Positions 27,017 to 36,857 of a DNA stretch of 64,000 nucleotides are shown piece after piece (positions within the stretch are counted from its first letter, which is position 1; the number at the start of each line of letters is the position of its first letter). The stretch is taken from IMG/VR virus record IMGVR_UViG_3300025364_000003, positions 142,529-206,528 of that record; one strand, 5' to 3'. Position numbers and translations under genes: made by a program. The notes beneath the pieces were generated by a model. The model saw only the letters and a program-made list of their open reading frames with translations, searched no databases and was not told the origin of the DNA.

Positions 27017-28300
27017 ATGTCCACTTTCACAACAATAATCAGACCAACACCTTTCGGCTTTTACGACTCAGATCCAATTTATCAATTGGATGCTGATAAA
27101 ATCATTTTTTATGTGCTGAGGAAACTGGGTGAGGATGTTCTTTCGGTTGAGCTCACCAAGAAGATGATATGGGCTTGTTTCGAGGAGGCCACATTAGCTT
27201 TTAACGCTCACATTATAGAATACCAAGCTAAGTCAAATCTTTCAAGTCTATTAGGACAAGCCACAGGTTCTGTTGATCCTAATAATCCTACAAATAACAC
27301 AGCAGAACTAAACATCAACCTTACGGACAATTACGTTCGTCCAAATCTTGATTTCCTTGTTCGCCAAGCGGAGCCATACGCCGCTGAAATAGGCTATGGA
27401 CAATCTTTAGATACTTTCAGCGGGTCTATCGATCTTCAAACTGGCAGACAAGACTATGATCTTTATACGGAATTAAAAAGCACCGCTGGGACACCACTTC
27501 TTCAGCTTATGCCAACAGGTTCTCGTGGAAGAATGAAAGTAGTCGAAGTTTTCCATTTTGGTCCTATCCAGTTTGTATATAACTCCAATCTTGCTTCCAA
27601 TTTCATTGCTTCTGGACTTCCGGTGGAGTCCTATGTTCCAGATACACGTTTTTATGTTCTTCCCTTGTTTGAAGATATTCTCAGAGCAGGCATGCTTGAA
27701 ACAGCTCAGAGAGTTAGACGTTCTCACTATCGTTACAGAATTGATGGTAGAAATCTCAGAATCTTCCCAGCACCAAGTCACCTCATACCCGGATTTAGCG
27801 ATAAGCTTTGGGTCCGTGTAGCATTTCCTCCATCAGTAGCGCCAGGCATTGTTCCCGGAGGCGGTGTTTCAAGTTCAATAGGTGGTGACGTAAACGGTGA
27901 ACTATTGCCTCCGCTTCCTGATGATACACTTTTTGGCGTTTCTCACCCAGCTAACGTACCATTTGGATTGATCAAATATCGTTCTCTAAACCCTTGGGCC
28001 AAACATTGGATTTTCCAATACACTCTTGCTCTTTGCAAAGAGTTACTTGGCTTGATCAGAGACAAATTCAAAAACTTCCCTATCCCAAATGCCGAACTTA
28101 CTTTGAATGGTGCCGATCTCATTCAGCAAGCACGTGAGGACAAACAAAACCTCCTTACTGGTGATGGTGGGTTGCTAAGTGTTCTCGACGGTCTCACCTA
28201 TGACAAGTTGGCTGAAATGAAAGCAAACACAGCAGAATTTGAAATGAAACAATTGCAAATGTTACCATTTCCGCCCAAATATGTTATTAGCTTCGGGTAG
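27017..28300 (+). CDS. Neck protein, T4 gp13-like
   Basis: LRKLGEDVLSVELT..ACFEEA, WIFQYTLALCKELLGLIR.KF..PIP.AELTLNG, ending VISFG. Confidence 0.75.
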   Translation: MSTFTTIIRPTPFGFYDSDPIYQLDADKIIFYVLRKLGEDVLSVELTKKMIWACFEEATLAFNAHIIEYQAKSNLSSLLGQATGSVDPNNPTNNTAELNINLTDNYVRPNLDFLVRQAEPYAAEIGYGQSLDTFSGSIDLQTGRQDYDLYTELKSTAGTPLLQLMPTGSRGRMKVVEVFHFGPIQFVYNSNLASNFIASGLPVESYVPDTRFYVLPLFEDILRAGMLETAQRVRRSHYRYRIDGRNLRIFPAPSHLIPGFSDKLWVRVAFPPSVAPGIVPGGGVSSSIGGDVNGELLPPLPDDTLFGVSHPANVPFGLIKYRSLNPWAKHWIFQYTLALCKELLGLIRDKFKNFPIPNAELTLNGADLIQQAREDKQNLLTGDGGLLSVLDGLTYDKLAEMKANTAEFEMKQLQMLPFPPKYVISFG

Positions 28301-28454
28301 GGGACAAACGTATCCTTTCATATAACCTATGAGTGCAAAGCTCAAAAATATAAAGGGTTACAAAGTTGATTTGGAAGGCAAGAATTAATTTCTTGCATTG
28401 GGTTAGTAGCTCTACTTATCAGTAGTTTATTATGATTAATGTTTGGATTAATAA

Positions 28455-28916
28455 ATGAAAATTTCCAAGAAACAAATAAGAACCTTGGTTCGTGAAGCAG
28501 TACGAGTGCAGCTTGATGAAATTTATGGCATTTCACAGTATGAACGTATGCTTGAGCTAAAACATCAATATGAAGACGACATTAAAGTTCTTGATAAGAT
28601 TGGTCCCGAATTATATCAAAAGATCATTGATTTTAGAGAACAGGCAAGTGATTTCAATGAATTCAAAAGGCTTGTGAGGGGCATGCCCGTTCACATGGCA
28701 AAGAAGTTTTGGGATCGCCAAATGGGCAAAGTTTCAACAGAGCGACTTGTGGAACTGCGTGATGAATGGGAAGAACTTAAAGATCGTTTCAAAGAGATAG
28801 ATGCAACAACAGAAGCTGACCGAGCTTATGGACGCAAGCGAACAAAAATTATTGATACAGAAACTGGTGAGGTCATTGGGACCGAAACGGACAAACGAGG
28901 CAGTCTGGGTTCCTGA
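28455..28916 (+). CDS. Hypothetical protein with KISKxQIR leader (putative internal head protein)
   Basis: MKISKKQIRTLVREAVRVQLDE. Confidence 0.65.
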   Translation: MKISKKQIRTLVREAVRVQLDEIYGISQYERMLELKHQYEDDIKVLDKIGPELYQKIIDFREQASDFNEFKRLVRGMPVHMAKKFWDRQMGKVSTERLVELRDEWEELKDRFKEIDATTEADRAYGRKRTKIIDTETGEVIGTETDKRGSLGS

Positions 28917-28925
28917 GGAGTTTCA

Positions 28926-29513
28926 ATGAATGCTCAGCTCGAAAAGCTTATTTGCGATATTCTAATTTTAGAATTTGCAGATCATATAAATGAAATAAAA
29001 GCAACAATCAACAGCGAACCTCCCACGTTTGAGCGTTGGTTGCAACATGTCGGCGGACTTGATTTTCTCGAAGATGAATTTCATGAATTTCGCAATGTAG
29101 ATGAATTGGAAGACTCGGAAGCATATGAAGACGCTTTAAGATTTGCCGAGGAGGAGTATGAACATCTTTTTGATAAATTTATCAACTTCTCCAATCCAGA
29201 AACACTATACCGTTGCATTAGTGCTCCAACCATATAGGATATAAATTTGTCAAAATTAGGAGAGTATTGGTCAGTTTTTCCTTCGCATCAAAGTTGTTAT
29301 CTTAGTAAAAATAAAAAGCACCCAAAATGGGTGGTAGCTGCAAATGTTCCATTGAATGGGATAAATTGGTATGAAACCATGACAGCTAACATGGGAACAT
29401 TTGCCGCCGAACAGGAAGTGACTTTATACAAGCATGCAGAAGTAGAGGTGCTTTACATCCTTGACAATAATGGCAAAAAACATAAGCCAAAACAAAAAAT
29501 TGGAATAATCTAA
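28926..29513 (+). pseudogene. ADP-ribosyltransferase-like protein interrupted by an in-frame TAG (29235-29237)
   Basis: ORFs 28926 and 29247 are in the same frame: LYRCISAPTI*DINLSKLGEYWSV...AAEQEVTL. R, S and ExE spacing resembles R-S-E ARTs. Confidence 0.55.
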
Positions 29514-29914
29514 TGACCTACCACAGCAAAAAGCATATTCAACAAATTATTGAAAGTGTTTTAGAAGAACAGTGGGGAGCAATTACATCCAATAGAATTT
29601 ATGGACGACAAAGGAATGGCGGGAATGTTAATCCACCAGAATGGAATGACAGTACGCCCAAGGTTGTTGAATACAGAAACAAACTTCGAGACTTAGAACC
29701 AGTCATTCGTCAAAGTCAACAGTACAAACAATTTCTTGAAGATTTAGGCCACACCAACCCAAATGATCAATCTTCATTGTTTGGCATGTATGAGAACTTC
29801 TTGAGATATTTTGCTATTGATAAGCACGTCTTTCAAGATGGCGATAATGATGATTGGACAGCGGCAAAAGCTGTAGCCGAGTATTTCAAATATCATCCTG
29901 ACCGTCTGAGTTGA
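29513..29914 (+). CDS. Hypothetical protein with leader helix
   Basis: TAATG-coupled; KKHIQQIIESVLEE. Confidence 0.6.
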   Translation: MTYHSKKHIQQIIESVLEEQWGAITSNRIYGRQRNGGNVNPPEWNDSTPKVVEYRNKLRDLEPVIRQSQQYKQFLEDLGHTNPNDQSSLFGMYENFLRYFAIDKHVFQDGDNDDWTAAKAVAEYFKYHPDRLS

Positions 29915-30326
29915 CTGGAATTAGTTTCCAATCAATTTTCATTGGACAGAACACTATTCTTTTATACACCTTGTCACTGACAAGCAAAGTAATAAAATCC
30001 TTTTGATCAAATTCGGTAGACGCATCCTCAAGAAACATAACTGGTTTGTCAAAAGAGTGAACTTCGTACTCTTTAGAAAAGAAAGGTTTCTTTTTCACTT
30101 CTCTAAGGACCAGATAGTGCGCATTCCAATATGAATCCAGATCTTTTTTGGTATCTTTGTTGTTGGACGGACGAATTACGTAGCCTTCGAATATGTCTGA
30201 TGACACATCTTCTATTGACGTGCACTCTTTGGGGATAACCCAGTACAGTTTTCCCGGAATAAGATTGGGAACATCCAAACTTCGCTGCATCTCAGATAAA
30301 ATGCTGTTGAGTGCATCAATGTTCAT
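29886..30326 (-). CDS. Hypothetical protein
   Basis: 146-aa ORF; 29-nt convergent overlap with the previous gene. Confidence 0.55.
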   Translation of the reverse strand: MNIDALNSILSEMQRSLDVPNLIPGKLYWVIPKECTSIEDVSSDIFEGYVIRPSNNKDTKKDLDSYWNAHYLVLREVKKKPFFSKEYEVHSFDKPVMFLEDASTEFDQKDFITLLVSDKVYKRIVFCPMKIDWKLIPVNSDGQDDI

Positions 30327-30377
30327 ATTCTAAATAACCTCTTGGCCTACCTAATTATTGCTGAGAGGTAGGTCACC

Positions 30378-31082
30378 ATCGCACGCTTATTCATTACGCC
30401 CCGTGAGCAGCAGCTAATCAACGACTGGACTAAAGAGTTCGTGAAAGACGTTGTTGGTCAGTACATTTGGTACTATCCAATTTCAATTCTTAAATCGGAC
30501 GTTCATCCGGTGTATGATGAAGCGATCGTTAAAATATTTGATAATCCCATCAAGATTGATGCTTTGGTCGATCAACCAGACAGGGGGCAATCCATTGGCA
30601 AATGGACAGTGGAAAGCACAACTACTATTTCTGTTTACGTTCAAGTCAGAGATTTGATTGACAAGGGTTTTTCACCAGACATTGGTGATTATTTTGTTTA
30701 TGGTGAAGATGTTTTTGAAATTAATGTCATTATGCAAATGGGTGATGCTTTTGGTCAGGCAGAATATGATGTATATTGGAAAATAGATGGCAAACTTGCT
30801 CGCTCGGGACGATTTGATCTTCCACAATTTAAAAAGCTTCTTGAAGATAGGAAAGTGTTTGAAGAATCGCAAGTTCAGAAAAGATTTGAGCAACAGCGTG
30901 GACTCAAGGAAAACACTGAGGACGGAGCAACTGGTGATGTCCGTCAGGTTAGAGAACGACTTGCTGACGACATGGCACCTATCGCTCTCAATGAAGGCCC
31001 GAGAACTGTAAATCCTGAAGATGAAGAAGATACCTCCGATACTACTGGTAAGAAGGCTTCATCTTCTTTTTATAATGAATAG
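30378..31082 (+). CDS. Neck protein, T4 gp14-like, probable ATC start
   Basis: Frame is open from ATC 30378 (IARLFITPREQQLINDWTKEFVKDVVGQYIWYY); GAGG SD upstream; in-frame TAG at 30369. Body: YDEAIVKIFDNPIKIDALV, GDYFVYG. Confidence 0.7.
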   Translation: MARLFITPREQQLINDWTKEFVKDVVGQYIWYYPISILKSDVHPVYDEAIVKIFDNPIKIDALVDQPDRGQSIGKWTVESTTTISVYVQVRDLIDKGFSPDIGDYFVYGEDVFEINVIMQMGDAFGQAEYDVYWKIDGKLARSGRFDLPQFKKLLEDRKVFEESQVQKRFEQQRGLKENTEDGATGDVRQVRERLADDMAPIALNEGPRTVNPEDEEDTSDTTGKKASSSFYNE

Positions 31083-31106
31083 TGTTCATTCACTATAAAT
31101 TAAATT

Positions 31107-31598
31107 ATGGCACAAAATTCTATAAAGAAGCCGTCTAAGCCTCGACGTCGAAGAAGCAAAAAGAAAAGCGGTGGGAGGGGTCACTACAAAACCGGTTATC
31201 ACACTTCTCCTAAGTGTTCCAATGGCCCAGCAAAATATCGCTCTGGTTGGGAGAAAGTTGTTTGCGAAAGCTTGGATGCAGATCCGGATGTTGTAGAATA
31301 TCAATACGAACCTTTTGAGATCAAATACGTTTCTAATCACAGAACTGGAAGAATAAGAATCTACATTCCTGATTTCTTAATCACATACTCTTCCGGAGAT
31401 AGAAAATTGGTTGAAGTTAAGAGAGAGAAGCATCTTGAACGACCAACAGTCAAAAAGAAAGCGTTGGTTGCAAGAGCTTATGCAAGCCGTAACGGTATGG
31501 AGTATCAGTTTTGGACAGAAAAGAAAATCAAGGAACTCCAGAAGATGCTAAAGAGTTCGAAGACCTCTTTGACGAAAGCGAAGACGAACGAGAAATAG
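31107..31598 (+). CDS. Head-completion nuclease, T4 gp4-like (TnsA N-terminal-type endonuclease)
   Basis: YKTG, YRSGWE, YEPFEIKY, YIPDFL, LVEVK. Confidence 0.82.
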   Translation: MAQNSIKKPSKPRRRRSKKKSGGRGHYKTGYHTSPKCSNGPAKYRSGWEKVVCESLDADPDVVEYQYEPFEIKYVSNHRTGRIRIYIPDFLITYSSGDRKLVEVKREKHLERPTVKKKALVARAYASRNGMEYQFWTEKKIKELQKMLKSSKTSLTKAKTNEK

Positions 31599-32179
31599 TA
31601 GACATAGGTCTCGATATTTCCACAAGTATTGTTGGTCTTGTAGTTTTGAATGCAACCACCAACGATCTTATCAAGATGGATGCAATTAAGCTCACCAGCA
31701 AAAAGTATTCAGATACCTGGGACAAGGGGACTCGTGTTGAAAAGGAACTTGCTAGGATTGTTGATCTAGAAAAGTATGTTGTCAACCACATTTTTGTGGA
31801 AGAAGCTCATATGAAGTTTACGCCAGGATTTTCTAGTGCAAAGACTTTGTTTTCCCTTGCATGCTTCAACGGTATTGTTTCATTTACAGCTTATAAGTTG
31901 TTTGGTGTGAAACCAAAAATGATCAATGTAAGAACTGCTCGTAAAAACCTTGGGATTAAGATCAACTATAAGGACAAGTCCAAGGACACTAAAACAAAGA
32001 TATTTGAAGCGGTCAAAAAAATGAACCCGCATTTCCCGTGGGCTAAACATGTAGCTAAAGGTGGAAAGAAAAAAGGTCAAACTGTGTGGAGTAAACACAA
32101 TTTTGATATGGCAGATGCTTGGATTATATGCGAAGGCGGTCGTCGAACAATAAACCCTTCTGGTAAAAAGAAACGCTAA
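31511..32179 (+). CDS. RuvC-like Holliday junction resolvase
   Basis: IGLDISTSIVG, IFVEE, FDMADAW; TTG start with GGAG SD inside the upstream gene. Confidence 0.78.
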   Translation: MDRKENQGTPEDAKEFEDLFDESEDEREIVDIGLDISTSIVGLVVLNATTNDLIKMDAIKLTSKKYSDTWDKGTRVEKELARIVDLEKYVVNHIFVEEAHMKFTPGFSSAKTLFSLACFNGIVSFTAYKLFGVKPKMINVRTARKNLGIKINYKDKSKDTKTKIFEAVKKMNPHFPWAKHVAKGGKKKGQTVWSKHNFDMADAWIICEGGRRTINPSGKKKR

Positions 32180-32180
32180 T

Positions 32181-32563
32181 ATGGAACCTGGTGATATCGT
32201 TGTAGCAAAACGGTTAATATACCATGAAGGAATCAATATCAAAGGTGTTTGGTCATCTCCTAGTAGTCATGAATCAAATCTTGTTTTGGCGATAAAATTT
32301 CTGTTTATTCTCATAAAGAAGCTTATTTGTTTACCGTATTGAGTGAAGGGCGTACGTTAGAAAAACATTATTCGGGTTATGAAGAATTTTCTAAAGAAGT
32401 TCTTCATGTTTCTAAAATTAAAGGGATGGTAATTGACTTCGATCCATTGGGTTCAAAAAGACCCCATATTGAAGGAATAGCAGCAGTTTTAATTGAAGAC
32501 AAGGTTTGGTGGATAGTTGCTGGCGATCTTCAAGTAGTAAAGTTAGGCAAGGGTAAGCAATGA
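32181..32563 (+). pseudogene. Hypothetical protein split by a -1 frameshift at T4 (32284-32287)
   Basis: ATG 32181 gives MEPGDIVVAK...ESNLV; continues in the -1 frame as GDKISVYSHKEAYLFTVLSEG (ORF 32327). Confidence 0.5.
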
Positions 32564-33207
32564 GTGCAACCGGAAGAAAAAAACACAACTCTAAAGGGAA
32601 GGCCGAAGAACGTGATCCTTTCGATTATTATCCTACGCCAAATTGGTGCATAAAACGCTTTGTAGAAAAAGCATCGCACAGGTTGCCAGTTGGTAATTGG
32701 ATTGAACCAGCAGCTGGCGATGGCGCAATCATACGTTCTATCACCTCTTATGGTAAGGGATATGAGAAAGTTCAATGGACTTCGGTTGAAATTCAAGATA
32801 GATTTAAAGAATCGCTTGAGGAAGTATCTGATAAAGTTTGTATTGGAAATTTTGCGTCTTATTTACATCCAGGCTCAAAAGCCGACGTGTGCATTACCAA
32901 TCCTCCATACAAACTTGCTGAGTCAATGATTAAACATGCACAGACTCAGGCTAAATCCGTTGTTATGTTGTTGCGAATTAACTTTTTGGCAAGTGAAAAA
33001 AGACGTGATTGGATGGAACAAGATACTCCTGACATTTATGTTATTCCAAATCGTCCTTCGTTTCGTGGTAAAGGTTCTGACGCTACTGAATATGCTTGGT
33101 TTGTGTGGGACGATAAATCGTGTGGTAGAATTTTCATACTCGATTCAACGCCTCGGGGCGTGCGACAAGCAGAAAAGAAGGCTTTGAGACAAAAGCAAAC
33201 TATTTAA
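32560..33207 (+). CDS. Phage DNA N6-adenine methyltransferase
   Basis: DYYPTP, IEPAAGDGAI (SAM-binding), ITNPPY (catalytic), SDATEYAWFVW. Confidence 0.85.
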   Translation: MSATGRKKHNSKGKAEERDPFDYYPTPNWCIKRFVEKASHRLPVGNWIEPAAGDGAIIRSITSYGKGYEKVQWTSVEIQDRFKESLEEVSDKVCIGNFASYLHPGSKADVCITNPPYKLAESMIKHAQTQAKSVVMLLRINFLASEKRRDWMEQDTPDIYVIPNRPSFRGKGSDATEYAWFVWDDKSCGRIFILDSTPRGVRQAEKKALRQKQTI

Positions 33208-33214
33208 TGTTGCT

Positions 33215-33961
33215 GTGTTACTCAAAGAATATATAAACTATCAAGTTGCTAGTGTCTTGCTCGAAATCAGAGGCACGTTCAAGTGGAATGAATTTAAGGC
33301 ACTTAGTACCCTAGACCAAAAACTTCAATACGCTCAACAACATCTCAAGGAGCTTGGAAGAGGTAGCAGCAGGGCTGCCTTCCTACTAAGCAATCGATAT
33401 GTTTTAAAGATTGCCCTTCCTCAAGCGGCAGAAAAGGGAATGGGGCAGAACAAAGGCGAGCTTCAGGTCTTTGCTAATACGGCAAGCAAGAATTATGTAA
33501 CCGCTATTCATGACGCTGGCGAAGATGGCCATTGGCTCGTTTCAGAAATTGCACGACCACTTGCAAGCACAGAAGAATTTCAGAAGCTCACAGGGGTTCC
33601 CTGGGAACAGTTTGTTTCTATACTGAAAAATCATGAAGATATCAAGAGTGAATTTAGCGAGATCGAACAGGGCATTCAAATGTGGTCTCGTCGTCTCAAA
33701 AATGCTCAATCGCAGGGTAATGAAGCGGGTATTGACAAGTTTACAAAGAACGTTCAAAACCTTCAGCAAAGAAAAACAAACCTTCAAAAAATGTTAAATT
33801 CACCAGTGGTACAAGGTGCTCTTGCTTTGATGAATCAAGCTGGTGTTATGCGTGGTGATATTCTTGAAGTGGATCATTGGGGCAAAACCGCTGATGGTCG
33901 TGTAGTTCTATTAGACTACGGCTTTACAGAGGACTTGGTTGACCTTTACCGAGCTGCATGA
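33215..33961 (+). CDS. Protein-kinase-like fold protein, paralog 1
   Basis: Gly loop LGRGSSRAAF, VLKIA lysine, QNKGE helix-C Glu, GDILEVDHWG catalytic loop, VLLDYG. Confidence 0.8.
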   Translation: MLLKEYINYQVASVLLEIRGTFKWNEFKALSTLDQKLQYAQQHLKELGRGSSRAAFLLSNRYVLKIALPQAAEKGMGQNKGELQVFANTASKNYVTAIHDAGEDGHWLVSEIARPLASTEEFQKLTGVPWEQFVSILKNHEDIKSEFSEIEQGIQMWSRRLKNAQSQGNEAGIDKFTKNVQNLQQRKTNLQKMLNSPVVQGALALMNQAGVMRGDILEVDHWGKTADGRVVLLDYGFTEDLVDLYRAA

Positions 33962-34755
33962 TGAGACTGAAAGAACAAATACGCTTCATGGTTTTTCAAA
34001 CACTTCATGAAATTAGGAGTAATTTCAAGTGGTCTGAATTTAAAAAGATAGATGATCACTTTGACAGGGCCTTGTACCTTATAAACACTGGTACTCAAGT
34101 ATTAGGGGAGGGAACTTCACGTCTTGTATTTTTGTTAAGCAATAGGTTTGTGCTCAAACTAGCCCAACTAGCCCAACCTCTTCCACGTTCTCCTCGTAGT
34201 TTTGAGAGAGGGAAGGCGCAAAACAAATATGAAGTAGATTTGTCTACCGATCCAGATGTAAAACCAATTGTGGCCGAAGTCTATGATGCGGCCGATGATT
34301 ACTCGTGGATTGTTTCGGAGTTGGTTCGACCAATAAAAAATATAAATGAATTTAAAGATTTAACTGGGTTTTCGTTCACTGATTTTCGCCAGGTTCTTAA
34401 ACTTGTTTTTGAGGGCGAACTTGAAAATACCATTGAGAAACATCGCAAATTGCGACAGAGGTATATCGAAGAGATCAATCGACTTGACTCTGAAGATACG
34501 GCCGATAAAACAAATATTGAATACTACAAAAGCCAACTTGAGGCTATTGAAAAAGTTATTGAATATCAAACTGAATTACCCGAACACCCAATGGTACAAG
34601 CTGCTATTGAATTAATTTCTGATAAGGGTGCAATGGCTGCCGATATGATCGTGTTAGACCACTGGGGCAAAACTGCCGATGGCCGTGTAGTTTTGTTGGA
34701 TTATGGTTATTCGAGAGATGTAGCTAGAAAACATTATGATGTTACGTGGATCTGA
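33958..34755 (+). CDS. Protein-kinase-like fold protein, paralog 2
   Basis: LGEGTSRLVF, VLKLA, QNKYE, ADMIVLDHWG, VLLDYG. Confidence 0.8.
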   Translation: MMRLKEQIRFMVFQTLHEIRSNFKWSEFKKIDDHFDRALYLINTGTQVLGEGTSRLVFLLSNRFVLKLAQLAQPLPRSPRSFERGKAQNKYEVDLSTDPDVKPIVAEVYDAADDYSWIVSELVRPIKNINEFKDLTGFSFTDFRQVLKLVFEGELENTIEKHRKLRQRYIEEINRLDSEDTADKTNIEYYKSQLEAIEKVIEYQTELPEHPMVQAAIELISDKGAMAADMIVLDHWGKTADGRVVLLDYGYSRDVARKHYDVTWI

Positions 34756-34779
34756 ACAAACAAAATCATATATATTGTT

Positions 34780-35489
34780 ATGTTAGTTGCAAATCTTAAA
34801 GAACAAATACATTTCATGGTGTCGCAAACTCTTTTAGAAATTAGGAGTAATTTCAAGTGGTCGGAGTTTAAAGAACTTGAAACTCCTAAGGGAATGGCAT
34901 ATTACCTAGAAAAAACAGGCACCGAAAAACTAGGCAGCGGGTCTTCTAGATGGGTTTACTTATTGAGCAACCGCTATGTCTTAAAATTAGCTGATCCTTT
35001 AAATCCTCGTAGGGGACTGGCCCAAAATCATGCAGAACTTGAAGTTGCAACCGACTCAGTGTAGCTCCATTCGTGTCGCAAATTTTTGATTATGATCCTG
35101 ATGGTTTCTGGTTGGTATCTCAACTTGTTAGACCATTGAATAGCGATGAAGATTTTGAAAAACTAACTGGTGGAATCGACTGGGAAGCATTTCAGTATGC
35201 CGTACAAACTTTTTTGTATGAAGCTAGGGGGGATTTTAAAAAAGCTGCTGATGAACTTGAGTTTAGGGCATCAAGGAGAAATTCTGATCATTATGCAGAA
35301 GTATTACTCAAGGCTCTTTCATATCTTAAGACAAACAAGTGGGTGAGAAATTTTCTAAAAATGGCAAAAAAATACGATTTGCTTCCAGAAGATTTAACAT
35401 TTTTAGATCATTGGGGCAAAACCGCTGATGGACGTGTAGTGCTTCTTGACTATGGTTATACGGCATTAGTTCATGATCTACACTACTGA
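34780..35489 (+). pseudogene. Protein-kinase-like paralog 3, split by a -1 frameshift near 35059
   Basis: LGSGSSRWVY, VLKLA, QNHAELEVATDS; continues as VAPFVSQIFDY...EDLTFLDHWGKTADGRVVLLDYG. Paralog 2 has TDPDVKPIVAEVYD at the junction. Confidence 0.75.
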
Positions 35490-35558
35490 CAATTCTCTAT
35501 TGTCTAAACAATTATTTCTAAAATGCGTTCGACGTGGGTTTACTTACTATTTACCCAT

Positions 35559-36776
35559 ATGTCCGGCAATGAAACTCGACAGAATATCCCAAGAGATCCA
35601 AGGAATCCTGAACCACATGTAGATTCTGGATATGAGGGTGACGATACCTCGGATACGTTTTTGATTCCGCCAGTTGGAATTGAAGATGCGGACATGACTC
35701 TGTTCAGACTTTTTGACAAAGATATTGGATTTACTGTTCGATTAGTAGAGACGGCAAACAAAGATATCCAGATTAAAAAGCCTTTTGTAATTTTCGCTAC
35801 TGGTGAACGATTTGTGCTTGCAAAGCGATTGCGTCCACCAAGAGATAGAAACGACAAATTGATGCTTCCGGCCATTTCTATCCGAAGAACATCTATTGAA
35901 CAAACATCGCTGGACATTACTGGCAGAGGTATCAATCAGTTTACTGGCAATCTTGTCATTAAGCGACGTCTTGAAAAGGGAGACAGGGATTACCAAAACT
36001 TTATTAATAAGCTGGGGTTTAAAAACTTAAAAAATTCTTATTCTACCGAAAGAGAAACAGGCGAACTGAAAAACGACGTTTCGGTGCAGCAAGGCGGGCT
36101 TTTAGAACAGAGAACCAGTTTGAATAACATGTGGGAAATTATCACAGTACCACAGCCACAGTTTTTTACTGCAACATACGAAGTAACTTTTTGGACTTCG
36201 TTTACCCAACACATGAATTATATGATAGAAACGTTTATCTCATCGTTTCTACCAAACGATAGAATACACAAGTTGGTAACCGACAAGGGTTACTGGTTTC
36301 TTGCTTACACGCAAGAACAGTTTGCGAATCAAGAAAATATTGATGATTTCACTGAAGATGAAAGAATTTTGAGGTACTCTTTCAATGTTCAGGTTAAAGG
36401 TTATATTTTCGCACCACAGCATCCAACTAATGCTGTTCCAGTGAGAAGATGGATTTCATCGCCAACGGTAGTTTTCGACGTAAGTTCATATTCTACCGAA
36501 GTGTTGGAGAAGGAACATCTAAATCGTCCACCGCAAAAAAACAAGGACAATCCGGAAAATTTCACATTGACAGACATTGAACTGGATCCCCAAACAAAAC
36601 AGACTCCAACAACAAATGAAAGATTCGCTGTTCGAAAAGATATAATCGACCCGATCACAGGAAAGAGGAAGCGTCGTTACGTATCTATTTTAGAGTCCAA
36701 TGAAAAAAAGGGAGAGACAGTTTACAGGGCATCCGACGTTGAAACATTGGAAGAGTTTATCAAGACACTCAAATAA
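35559..36776 (+). CDS. Tail terminator/sheath stabiliser, T4 gp15-like
   Basis: PPVGIEDAD..LF, ATGERF, LPAISIRR, PQPQFFTATYEV.FWT; directly upstream of the sheaths. ATG 35559 preferred as start. Confidence 0.65.
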   Translation: MSGNETRQNIPRDPRNPEPHVDSGYEGDDTSDTFLIPPVGIEDADMTLFRLFDKDIGFTVRLVETANKDIQIKKPFVIFATGERFVLAKRLRPPRDRNDKLMLPAISIRRTSIEQTSLDITGRGINQFTGNLVIKRRLEKGDRDYQNFINKLGFKNLKNSYSTERETGELKNDVSVQQGGLLEQRTSLNNMWEIITVPQPQFFTATYEVTFWTSFTQHMNYMIETFISSFLPNDRIHKLVTDKGYWFLAYTQEQFANQENIDDFTEDERILRYSFNVQVKGYIFAPQHPTNAVPVRRWISSPTVVFDVSSYSTEVLEKEHLNRPPQKNKDNPENFTLTDIELDPQTKQTPTTNERFAVRKDIIDPITGKRKRRYVSILESNEKKGETVYRASDVETLEEFIKTLK

Positions 36777-36857
36777 GAAGATTTCTCCTCAGGTGGTGTC
36801 TAATTAGTTAGGAGTATACTGACAAATTGCCTCAGGTAATGGTAAAAGGAACGGAAC

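Noticed and set aside
28329-28388. 19-codon ORF MSAKLKNIKGYKVDLEGKN
   Set aside because: Too short, with no SD; could be an endonuclease remnant but this cannot be supported.
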